Positions 1 through 8,397 of a stretch of 53,029 bases of DNA are shown here, in pieces. Source of the stretch: Thermoproteota archaeon. GTDB lineage: Archaea > Korarchaeota > Korarchaeia > Korarchaeales > Korarchaeaceae. The notes beneath the pieces are model-generated. The model was not told the DNA's origin. It searched no databases and worked only from the letters and a program-made list of their open reading frames with translations. Position numbers and translations under genes: made by a program. Each line of letters opens with the position of its first letter. The stretch's first letter is position 1. Location of the stretch: NCBI GenBank assembly GCA_027491435.1, contig JAOZFG010000029.1, positions 1-53,029 on the forward strand, in the 5' to 3' direction.

Positions 1-458
1 ATGACGCTGTTCTCCTTCAACTCCAGTCGGGAGGCGAAGCTCGCTGAAGGCAAGCCCATTAACTCGCCGAGGAGAGGGGCCATGGAACAGGAGTAGTAGT
101 CACTGCTCCCCTCTCCGCAAATTATGAGGTCTGGATTTAGGCCGTCCTCCTCCAAAGCCTTTTTGATCGCCAGGGCCGTTCTAACTGGGTTGTGCCCCCC
201 TACATCTCCCCTAACTACTATGGCCCTGTCGGCCCCCATGGCTAAGGCTTCCTTGAGGACCGCATCGTCAAAGGGACCGGTCACCACGGTAACTAGGGTG
301 AGGCGTCCCCCCCTCTCCTCCTTTATCCTCACCGCCTCCTCTACAGCGTTCTTATCTATCTCACTAATCTTGACGGGAACCCCTTCCAAGTTTAGCCCTC
401 CATCCACGGAGATCTGGGTCTCGTCATAAACTAACTTGACGCACGCAACTAGCTCCAA
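1..458 (-). CDS. etfB: Electron transfer flavoprotein beta subunit (EtfB/FixA), runs off the left window edge
   Basis: Not in the ORF track. My manual minus-strand translation from TTG at 458 (GGGGGTGA SD just upstream) gives MELVACVKLVYDETQISVDGGLNLEGVPVKISEIDKNAVEEAVRIKEERGG...LKEALAMGADRAIVV...PDLIICGEGSSD, which carries the EtfB motifs (ACVK, D.NAVEEA, ALAMGAD, DLI.CG..S.D). Confidence 0.92.
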   Translation of the reverse strand, partial: MELVACVKLVYDETQISVDGGLNLEGVPVKISEIDKNAVEEAVRIKEERGGRLTLVTVVTGPFDDAVLKEALAMGADRAIVVRGDVGGHNPVRTALAIKKALEEDGLNPDLIICGEGSSDYYSCSMAPLLGELMGLPSASFASRLELKENSV

Positions 459-529
459 GGTCACCCCCCGCTTACTGAGGTCTAAAAGTTTTAACCTTTG
501 TCGAAATCGATCAGCTCGAAGGTGGTGGC

Positions 530-1894
530 ATGAAGCTGGAAGCCAAGGAGGTGGCTGAAATCATTGAAATGCTCTCCTTTCAACATCTGGACATAAGGAG
601 CGTGACTTTAGGGGTGGATCTAACCCCTGCAATAGGGGAAGGACCTTCTGCAGTCAAGGAGACGATGAAGAGGGCGGCGGAAGGCCTGAGCGAGGCTGTG
701 GATAGGGTGTCGTCCAGGCTGGGCATCAAGATAGTCACGAAGAGGGTAGCCGTCACCCCAGTGTACCTCTTCCTCGAGGGAGTCAGCAGAAGGGACCCTA
801 GGCTGGGGCAGGAGCTGGGTGTGGAAATAGCTAAGGCCTTGGACGAAGCGGCGAAGGAGCTGGAGGTCGATTACGTGGGTGGGTACGCTGCCTTCGTGGA
901 GTCCGGATTCACTCCAGGGGACGTGGCCCTGGTCAACTCAATACCGGAGGCCCTGGCCTCTACTGAGAGGCTGGCGGCCATGGTGAACGTGGCCTCTACT
1001 CAGGCTGGGATAAACCTAGACGCCGTACTGAGGATGGGTGAGGTGATAAGGGAGACAGCGGACCTCACATCTGGAAGGGGGCCCGCTAGGCTAGGGACCT
1101 TCGCTAACGCCCCTGAAGGAACTCCCTTCGTCCCTGGGGCTTATCATGGCAGGGGTGAGCCGGACAGGGTTATAAATGTTGCAGTCAGCGGCCCTGGGGT
1201 CATTGAGAGCGTAGTGAAGTCCTTAGGCGATTCAGACGTGAGGGCCCTACACGACGCCATAAAGAGGGCCGCCTTCAAGATATCCAGGCTGGGGGAGCTT
1301 GTGGGTAAGGAGGTAGCTAGAGAAATGAGCGCCCTCTTCGGTTCCGTGGATCTGTCTCTGGCTCCCTCCCCTGTGGTCGGGGACAGCGTCGGGGACGTGC
1401 TCAGGGCAATGGGTCTGGATCACCCGGGGGCTCCAGGCTCCATACTGGCCTTGGCTATACTGACCGACGCCGTCAAGAAAGGAGGAGCCATGGCCGTTTC
1501 CTCTATTGGAGGGTTGAGCGGCGCTTTTGTCCCTGTAAGTGAGGACTTGGGGCTTGCTAGTGCTGTAGAAGCTAACGCATTGACGGTGTACGCCCTGGAA
1601 GCCATGTCTGCAGTCTGCAGCACCGGGTTAGACATGCTGCCCCTGCCCGGAGACGTCACCCCTGATCAGTTAGCCTCCCTGATAGGCGACATAGCAGCCT
1701 TGGGGGTCCTCCTAAATAAGTCATTAGGGGTTAGGCTCCTTCCCATGCCAGGAGCCAAGCCAGGAGACGTTGTAGAGCTGGGAGGTCTGCTAGGAAGTTC
1801 TCCTGTGATGAGCTTAGGTAATTACAGCGCCTCCAAGCTAATTAGAAGGGGAGGGGTAGTTCCTCCCTTCGTAACGAGGCTCAGCATGGGCTGA
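530..1894 (+). CDS. UPF0210/DUF711 (PFL-like fold) family protein
   Basis: LDIRSVTLG, TKRVAVTP, ANAPEGTPFVPGAYHG, NVAVSGPGV, DLSLAP, AVKKGG, GGLSGAFVPVSED, LEAMSAVCSTGLDM motifs; 454 aa. Confidence 0.88.
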   Translation: MKLEAKEVAEIIEMLSFQHLDIRSVTLGVDLTPAIGEGPSAVKETMKRAAEGLSEAVDRVSSRLGIKIVTKRVAVTPVYLFLEGVSRRDPRLGQELGVEIAKALDEAAKELEVDYVGGYAAFVESGFTPGDVALVNSIPEALASTERLAAMVNVASTQAGINLDAVLRMGEVIRETADLTSGRGPARLGTFANAPEGTPFVPGAYHGRGEPDRVINVAVSGPGVIESVVKSLGDSDVRALHDAIKRAAFKISRLGELVGKEVAREMSALFGSVDLSLAPSPVVGDSVGDVLRAMGLDHPGAPGSILALAILTDAVKKGGAMAVSSIGGLSGAFVPVSEDLGLASAVEANALTVYALEAMSAVCSTGLDMLPLPGDVTPDQLASLIGDIAALGVLLNKSLGVRLLPMPGAKPGDVVELGGLLGSSPVMSLGNYSASKLIRRGGVVPPFVTRLSMG

Positions 1895-1944
1895 GCCCCC
1901 ACGATTTGATTTAAATCTTTTCCTAACGTAGTGGCCCGATAGGA

Positions 1945-3639
1945 ATGACCGACTATGACTTGGCCCTCTTCCACGCTCCCAGCGTCTACGACTTCAGAAA
2001 GGCTTTCACGTTCAAGAGCTTCATAAGCGAGGTCATACCTTCGTTTTCCGTCTTTGACATGTATCCTTATGGATTTCTAACCATAGCTACTTGGCTCTCT
2101 CATCGTGGTTATAAAGTAGGCCTGTTCAACCTAGCCGCCAAAATGATGTTAGACCGAAATTACGATCCGCTGAAAACGATAAGGCAGGTTAAGGCTAAGG
2201 TGTATGGCATTGACTTGCACTGGCTGGTGCACGCTCATGGCGCAGTGGAGGTGGCTCGCCTAATAAAGGAGGAACATCCAGATTCCCTGGTAGTATTTGG
2301 GGGAATTTCCTCAACTTACTACTGGAGAGAGCTCCTTGACTATGACTTTGTGGACGCCGTCATCTTAGGGGATAGCACCGAACATTTGATTGAGAAGTTC
2401 CTCGATAGGGTTGATAAGGGCCAGGAGCCAAACGTCAAAGGAGTTGCCTACAAGTGGAACGGCAGAGTGAAGTTCACAGGACTTCCTGAACCGGTAATCT
2501 CCCTTGACCAGTTCAAGATAGATCATAACCTTCTAGTGAAGCTTGCCATAAAAGAAAGAGACCTTTGCCTGATCTCCCCCTACTCCGCCTTCATCGAGGC
2601 CCCTATATCAGCGGTGATAACTGTGAAGGGATGTCCCTTCTCTTGCGTAACCTGTGGGGGCTCATTCCACTCTTACATGAACATATTTGGCAGGAAGAGG
2701 CTGGCCGTGAAGAGCAACGATGCAATATTGGATGAAGTTCTTTCCATAGCCTCCCTGTCCAAGATGACCATCTTCTTCGTCGGGGATCTGAGGCTTGGGA
2801 GAGGCGTACAGGGAGCGGTGAAGCTGTTGAGGGAGTTGAAAAGGTATGACTTAGAGAACCCGCTCATGTTTGAGTTCTTCGCTCCTCCGCCGAGGGAACT
2901 TTTGAAAGCCATGAGAGAGGCGGCAAGTACAGTTTACCTGCAGATATCCCCAGAGTCCCAGGATGAGAGGGTGAGACGAGCCTTTGGAAGGCCCTACGAC
3001 AATGAAGCCCTGGAGAAGTTCGTCAAGAATTCCAGCGAGATGAGCTTTGACAGGCTAGACCTTTACTTCATGGTAGGCCTACCTTACCAGACCCCAGACG
3101 TAGTCAAGGGACTCCACAAGTACGTCAAGAGGTTGCTCAGCGAGTATAAAAGGTTAGATGCCTTCGTCTCACCACTAGCTCCCTTTGTAGATCCAGGAAG
3201 CCTAGTCTTTGAGAACCCTGAGGCCTTCGGTTACAGGCTGCTCTTCAGGGACTTGGAATCCCACAGAAGGGCCCTGACGGAGAAACACTGGGGGTTCACC
3301 CTGAACTACGAGACCAATTGGATGGGGAGGGGCGACATAGTTAGGTCGTCGTTGAGCGAGTACCTGAACATGGGTAGAGTGAAGCTGGAGAGCGGCGTAA
3401 TCAGCGATGAAATGTATGAGCTCATGCAGGAAAAAGTGGAAATAGATCTATCCCTGTACGAAGCTCTATCAAAAGGAGTTGCCATTGATCACGACAGAAT
3501 AGCGGCGAAGCTCAAGGACCTGGACGAGAGAAAGGAAATCCTCTTGAAGAAAGAGCTCTACCCCTGTGACACACTAATAAACACGCTTAGGGTTCCTAGG
3601 CCTATAAAAATGATGTTGGGGATGCTGGCCAGGTTCTAG
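1945..3639 (+). CDS. Cobalamin-binding-domain radical SAM protein (TIGR04190-like)
   Basis: N-terminal B12-binding region (FDMYPYG, GIDLHWLVHAHGA, VFGGISST); CxxxCxxC motif KGCPFSCVTCG; SPESQDE, YFMVGLP, APFVDPGS. Confidence 0.85.
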   Translation: MTDYDLALFHAPSVYDFRKAFTFKSFISEVIPSFSVFDMYPYGFLTIATWLSHRGYKVGLFNLAAKMMLDRNYDPLKTIRQVKAKVYGIDLHWLVHAHGAVEVARLIKEEHPDSLVVFGGISSTYYWRELLDYDFVDAVILGDSTEHLIEKFLDRVDKGQEPNVKGVAYKWNGRVKFTGLPEPVISLDQFKIDHNLLVKLAIKERDLCLISPYSAFIEAPISAVITVKGCPFSCVTCGGSFHSYMNIFGRKRLAVKSNDAILDEVLSIASLSKMTIFFVGDLRLGRGVQGAVKLLRELKRYDLENPLMFEFFAPPPRELLKAMREAASTVYLQISPESQDERVRRAFGRPYDNEALEKFVKNSSEMSFDRLDLYFMVGLPYQTPDVVKGLHKYVKRLLSEYKRLDAFVSPLAPFVDPGSLVFENPEAFGYRLLFRDLESHRRALTEKHWGFTLNYETNWMGRGDIVRSSLSEYLNMGRVKLESGVISDEMYELMQEKVEIDLSLYEALSKGVAIDHDRIAAKLKDLDERKEILLKKELYPCDTLINTLRVPRPIKMMLGMLARF

Positions 3640-3648
3640 AGACACATT

Positions 3649-4860
3649 TTAGAGGCCAGCCGCCGCCATGGCTATTGCTACCTCTATCTGCCTCTTAAGC
3701 TCTTCGGGAAGTCCCTCCAGCTTGACGTCCATGAACCCCCTGACCAGGATGCTCGTCGCCTCTTCCTCGGTGAAGCCCCTGGACATCAGGTAGAAGATCT
3801 GCTCCTCCTCAAGCTTGCCTACTGCGGCCTCGTGGGAGAGGGTGACGTCGCTGTGCCTAGCATCAAGCTCAGGTACTGTTAATATCCTAGATGTGCTGGA
3901 CAGCATTAGGCCGTCGCACTCTATATGCCCCTTGGTGTCTGGAGCCATTGCTACTATGGTTCCCCTGGTCACCACCTCGGCGAAGTCCTTGGTTATGGTC
4001 TTAGACACTATCTCAGCCGAGGTCTCGGGGGCCTCCAAGTAAACGGTGGATCCCACGTCCATGAGGGAGTTCTCCTTAGACACCACGATTGAGGAGAGGT
4101 AAGCCCTAGCCCCCTCCCCGACTAGCCTGACCCTGGGGTTTGTCTGGAGGCTAGCTGTGGGGGTCATGTTTATGTAGTGGCTTATGTACTCCCCGCCCTC
4201 CTCAACTATCACCCCCGTCCTCGGCCTGACGTGTGTCTCCTCATCCCAGGCGTGAATCATGGTGTAGGTCAGCTTTCCTCCCTTCTTGACGTAGAACTCG
4301 GAGACGCCAGCGTGTAGTCCTGCTTTCTCCATCATGGTCGTGCACCCCGTGATCACGTGGAGCTCAGCTCCCTCCTCCACGACGACTATGTTGTGAGGGG
4401 CCTGTATAGCCCCAGGAGTCGACATCAGCAGGCAGGACTGTACGGGCTTCTCCACTTTAACTCCCTTCTCCACTATGAAAACGTACCCCTGGTGATTGCC
4501 CATGAGCTCGGCGACCGCCGTGTACTTGTCCAGGTCTACAGGCACAGCCTTCCAGTAATAGTCGTCGATGATCCCCTCCTTCAACGCCTGCTTGAGGCTC
4601 ATCACAGTTAGCCCTTTGCTCTTCACTGATATCTGAACTGCCTCCTGATCGAGTTGGTAGTAGGAGCCAGATCTGTTCGCCTCTGTGACGTCTATCCCAA
4701 CGCTTGCTAGCAGGTGAGCGTTCGCCCTTATCAGATCTAGGGTGTAAGGCCTTTCAGGCGGCGGGGAGAACTGGCTTATGTCCACGTCAGGCCCATACTT
4801 TGAGGGTTTATTGAGGGCCCTCTTGGCCCTCTCCCTTACCTCCTCAAGCAGCTCTATCAT
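3649..4860 (-). CDS. sufB: Fe-S cluster assembly scaffold SufB/SufD family (SmsB type)
   Basis: PVQSCLL, HNIVVVEEGAELHVITGC, GHIECDGL, PEL...LSHEAAVGK, FYLMSRGFTEEEATSILVRGF; overlaps sufC. Confidence 0.92.
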   Translation of the reverse strand: MIELLEEVRERAKRALNKPSKYGPDVDISQFSPPPERPYTLDLIRANAHLLASVGIDVTEANRSGSYYQLDQEAVQISVKSKGLTVMSLKQALKEGIIDDYYWKAVPVDLDKYTAVAELMGNHQGYVFIVEKGVKVEKPVQSCLLMSTPGAIQAPHNIVVVEEGAELHVITGCTTMMEKAGLHAGVSEFYVKKGGKLTYTMIHAWDEETHVRPRTGVIVEEGGEYISHYINMTPTASLQTNPRVRLVGEGARAYLSSIVVSKENSLMDVGSTVYLEAPETSAEIVSKTITKDFAEVVTRGTIVAMAPDTKGHIECDGLMLSSTSRILTVPELDARHSDVTLSHEAAVGKLEEEQIFYLMSRGFTEEEATSILVRGFMDVKLEGLPEELKRQIEVAIAMAAAGL

Positions 4861-5602
4861 AACACATCAACTCCGCCATTACACAGTTCATACAAGCCTC
4901 AAATCCGCCCTCCTCTATATCAGACAAGACCTTCTGGAGCTCTCCACAACACAAGATCTTGCCTTCCATCATTATGTAGGCCAGGGAGCCGGACAGGTAC
5001 TTGGCTATGTGTCCCGTGTGAGTCACCACTAGAGCTGACCTCTCCTCCCCATCCTCTAGTAACCCCCTTATAGCTTCTCCTATTACGGGAAGTCCCGCCA
5101 AGTCCACGCCTGAATCAGGCTCATCTAAAAGTATAAACTTGGGTCTTTGAGCGTAGACCAGCAGTATTTCAGCTCTCTTCATCTCTCCCCCGCTAAATCC
5201 AACGTGGAGGTCCCTGTCCAGGAGCTTATAGGCGTCCATCTTCTTGGCAAGCTCCTCCACTTCCTCCATGCTGGTCCCGTACATATGAGTGAGCCTCCTC
5301 AACAGCTCCCTTAACTTCACCCCTTTAAGCTTAGGAGGTATTTGGTAAACTATCCCTAGGCCTCTCTGCGCTCTCTCGTGAGGTTCTAATTTTAGCAGGT
5401 CTGTCCCGTTAAAGGTTATGCTACCACTCACCACCTTGTACTTGGGGTTGCCCATTATCGTCTGGATTAGGGAGGACTTACCCGAGCCGTTAGGCCCCAG
5501 TAAGTAGACCACTTCTCCATCTCTTATCGCCAGGTTTATGCCCTGGAGTACTCTCTTCCCTTCTACCTCCACGTGGAGCTCTTCTACCCTTAGCATAACC
5601 AT
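4844..5602 (-). CDS. sufC: Fe-S cluster assembly ABC ATPase SufC (SmsC type)
   Basis: Walker A GPNGSGKS, GFSGGEMKR, LLDEPDSGVD; C-terminal C-x18-C-x2-C. Start moved to ATG at 5602 (or 5596) because the ORF-track extension runs into AT-rich promoter DNA. Confidence 0.92.
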   Translation of the reverse strand: MVMLRVEELHVEVEGKRVLQGINLAIRDGEVVYLLGPNGSGKSSLIQTIMGNPKYKVVSGSITFNGTDLLKLEPHERAQRGLGIVYQIPPKLKGVKLRELLRRLTHMYGTSMEEVEELAKKMDAYKLLDRDLHVGFSGGEMKRAEILLVYAQRPKFILLDEPDSGVDLAGLPVIGEAIRGLLEDGEERSALVVTHTGHIAKYLSGSLAYIMMEGKILCCGELQKVLSDIEEGGFEACMNCVMAELMCYDRAA

Positions 5603-5929
5603 CCCTCTATCAATAAGAAGGTCCTTTATATCCCTTTTAAAACTATCGTTAATTGAAGGATTGATTGAAAAATAAATGGACCTCACCTTCAAGCTCTAAA
5701 TTTGCTTTTCTAATAAGATTATTTTTTAAACTATTTTAACATTTTAGTGTTTATTCACTTAGTTATAAGTTTAGTTATCTATATTATATGAATTTTTTAA
5801 ACTTAAATGTAAGGTAGAAACAAGGGAGGGTGTATTACTCTTATAAATTATATACCAATATATATGATAACAGAAATCTCTTTTAATTATAACAAAAGCT
5901 TTATATATTACAGGTGTCTCAAAAGTTAG
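5603..5929. promoter_or_regulatory. AT-rich divergent intergenic region (sufC / CBS promoters) containing a dif-like site
   Basis: 5701-5820 has 20 G+C in 120 nt (~17%), far below the flanking coding DNA. TATA-like CTTTATATA near 5899-5907 and CCTTTATA near 5623-5630. Confidence 0.7.
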
Positions 5930-5938
5930 GTGAGCCTT

Positions 5939-6349
5939 ATGAGCGAGGGATTCGAAGTGAAAAGGGTCAAGGAGCTCCTAAAGGTTAAGGAGCCCATAAC
6001 TATAGGGCCAGAGGCCAGCTTGAGGGAGGCCGCCAAGAAGATGGCAGATCACGGCATTGGTTTCCTCCCCGTAGTGGACGAGAAGGGAGACCTCGTAGGG
6101 GTGATTTCTGAGAGGGATATAACCTACTCCTTTGGAAATGGGAAGGAAAACTCCAAGGTTAAAGACGTAATGAGGACTAACATAATAACTGTTAATGAAA
6201 ACGACACCGTAGCCTACGCGGCCAGGCTCTTGAGCGAGCACGGGATTAGGCACCTGGTCGTCGTTAACGACGAGGGCAAGCTGGTGGGGGTCTTCTCAAT
6301 TAAGGACCTAACTTACGGAGAAGGGGCACTCTTCTCAATAATCTTCTAG
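5939..6349 (+). CDS. CBS-domain pair protein
   Basis: Two CBS repeats (IGFLPVVD...LVGVISERD; IRHLVVVNDEGKLVGVFSIKD); GGTGA SD before ATG at 5939. Confidence 0.9.
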   Translation: MSEGFEVKRVKELLKVKEPITIGPEASLREAAKKMADHGIGFLPVVDEKGDLVGVISERDITYSFGNGKENSKVKDVMRTNIITVNENDTVAYAARLLSEHGIRHLVVVNDEGKLVGVFSIKDLTYGEGALFSIIF

Positions 6350-6387
6350 ACCCCTTCCTTTTAAGTTTCAGGGATTGTTAAGACAGG

Positions 6388-6618
6388 ATGCCCGTCAGGG
6401 TCAGGTTCTACGGCCCCCTTAAGGAGAGGTTTGGTGAGGAAGCCGAGGTCTCCGCAGAAGATCTGTTCAAGCTTTTACTTAAACTGGGGAAGGAGGTTTA
6501 CGAGGAATTCCAGGAGGGCAGGATAATGGTGGCCGTGAACCACGAGATAGTGCATGGTAAGGTTGGGCTTAAAGATGGTGACTTGGTAGCTGTCCTACCT
6601 AGGTTCTCGGGTGGTTAG
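6388..6618 (+). CDS. moaD: MoaD/ThiS ubiquitin-like sulfur carrier
   Basis: 76 aa beta-grasp pattern (VRFYG.L.E..G, VAVN, LKDGD.VAVLP..SGG); C-terminal GG; directly upstream of moaE. Confidence 0.9.
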   Translation: MPVRVRFYGPLKERFGEEAEVSAEDLFKLLLKLGKEVYEEFQEGRIMVAVNHEIVHGKVGLKDGDLVAVLPRFSGG

Positions 6619-7029
6619 ATGAAGTCTGGGATATTTAGGGGGAGCCTGGACGAGGAGTCCTTGCTTGACAGCCTAGCAGAGGGGAACGTGGGGGCAATTC
6701 TCACCTTTAGAGGGGTTGTCAGGCCCTTCTCAGAGGGTAAGAAAGTAGTTAAACTCTACTACGACTACTACGAAGAGTTAGCTTTAAAGCAGCTTGAGGA
6801 GATAAGGAAAAAGGCCATAAGGAAGTTTGAGATAGTAGATGCTATCGTATATCACAGGGTGGGCGAGGCGAAGGTTGGAGATCTCGTGCTCTTCGTGGCA
6901 GTGGCTTCAGAGAGGAGGAAGGCTGGCTTCGAAGCTTTAAGGTGGATAGTGGATGAGGTTAAGTCCGGGGTGGCCATATGGAAGAAGGAGTACTTTGAAG
7001 AGGGAGAGAGATGGGTGGAGCCTGATTAG
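6619..7029 (+). CDS. moaE: Molybdopterin synthase catalytic subunit
   Basis: GAILTFRGVVR, HRVG..KVGD, DEVK...AIWKKE motifs. Confidence 0.93.
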   Translation: MKSGIFRGSLDEESLLDSLAEGNVGAILTFRGVVRPFSEGKKVVKLYYDYYEELALKQLEEIRKKAIRKFEIVDAIVYHRVGEAKVGDLVLFVAVASERRKAGFEALRWIVDEVKSGVAIWKKEYFEEGERWVEPD

Positions 7030-8396
7030 GGGTACAGCTTCCCCGGGTTCATTATCCCCTTGGGGTCTAACACTCTCTTTATCTCCTTGACGAGCTTTAA
7101 ATAGCCCAGGGAGTTAACGCTCTTGAGTTCCTCAACCAGGAGCTCCTTCTTAGTCAGGCCTATGCCGTGCTCCCCGCTTAAGGAACCGCCCATCCTTATG
7201 GCCAGTAGGGCCACCTCTCTGAACATCTCCTCGGCCTTCTTCACCTGTTCGGGGTCATCTGGATCGTAGCATATGTTAGGGTGTAGGTTACCGTCACCGG
7301 CGTGCCCGAAGGTGGGCATTGGAAGCCCGTATTTCTCTTTTATCTTTTTTATCTCTCTGAGGGCCTCAACCAGCTTGGAGACTGGGAAGACCACGTCCTC
7401 TATGAGGACCCCCTTGTAGGTCCTAGTGACGGCAGCGTATATCCCCTGCCTGACCGCGTAAAGCCTCTTCATCTCCTCAGGGTCGTCACTAGCTTCAGCC
7501 TTACCTCCGTTCCTCCCAATTATCTCTGTCACTTGATTGGCCAGTCGCCATACTGCCTCTTTAGGCCCATCAACGTCTACTATTATCATGGCCTCAGTCT
7601 CAGGAATGTCCAGGCCTGATTGCTCCCTTACTATGTTGACGCTCTCGTCGTCCAGCAGTTCCAACATCGTCGGCAGTATGCCGGACCTCCTTATCTCGAA
7701 TATGGCCCTTCCCGCATCTTCCAAGCTGTTGAAGAGGCCTAGTATCCTTACCACCTTCTCGGGAAGCGGGTAAATTCTCAGCCAAGCCTTCGTTATAACC
7801 CCCAGAGTCCCCTCAGACCCTATGAATAGGGAGATCAGGTCAGGTCCCCACCTCCACTTGTAGAGGGGCTTTCCGATCCTCAGCACCTCTCCTCCTGGTA
7901 TGACCACCTCCAGAGATAAGACCCAGTTCTTCATGACCCCGTACTTAGCTCCCCTCAGCCCTCCGGCGTTTTCAGCTAAGGCCGCCCCTATTGTGGCATA
8001 CCTGGAGCTGGCAGGATCTGGAGGAAAGAAGTACCCATACTTTCTGCATTCCTGATCCACCTTCGCTACTGTAGCCCCAGCCTCAGCCATGACCCAACCA
8101 TCGTCAACGTTAACTTCAATCCCGTCCATGGGTGTGACGTCCAGCAGGATGCCCCCCTTTACGGGCACAGAGGCGCCCGTTAGGGAGGTGCCCCCTCCCC
8201 TAACCACCACTGGAGTTGAGGTTTCGTTGGCTATCCTGAGCACCTTGCTGACGTCCTCAGTCGAGTAGGCCCTGACCACCGCCAAGGGCACCTGTCTCAG
8301 GACGTTAGAGGCGTCGGTCACGTAGGCGTATATGTCCTCAGGCTCGGTCAGGACCTTCTCACCTAGCTCCCCTTTCAACTCCTTGATCACGTCCAT
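7026..8396 (-). CDS. glcD: FAD-linked oxidase, glycolate oxidase subunit / D-lactate dehydrogenase type
   Basis: RGGGTSLTGA, FPPDPAS, ENAGG...KYG, GSEGTLGVIT, FGHAGDGNLH, SGEHGIG, DPKGIMNPGK. Confidence 0.9.
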   Translation of the reverse strand: MDVIKELKGELGEKVLTEPEDIYAYVTDASNVLRQVPLAVVRAYSTEDVSKVLRIANETSTPVVVRGGGTSLTGASVPVKGGILLDVTPMDGIEVNVDDGWVMAEAGATVAKVDQECRKYGYFFPPDPASSRYATIGAALAENAGGLRGAKYGVMKNWVLSLEVVIPGGEVLRIGKPLYKWRWGPDLISLFIGSEGTLGVITKAWLRIYPLPEKVVRILGLFNSLEDAGRAIFEIRRSGILPTMLELLDDESVNIVREQSGLDIPETEAMIIVDVDGPKEAVWRLANQVTEIIGRNGGKAEASDDPEEMKRLYAVRQGIYAAVTRTYKGVLIEDVVFPVSKLVEALREIKKIKEKYGLPMPTFGHAGDGNLHPNICYDPDDPEQVKKAEEMFREVALLAIRMGGSLSGEHGIGLTKKELLVEELKSVNSLGYLKLVKEIKRVLDPKGIMNPGKLYP

Positions 8397-8397
8397 G

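Noticed and set aside
124-429. 101-aa plus-strand ORF
   Set aside because: Antisense shadow of the etfB gene.
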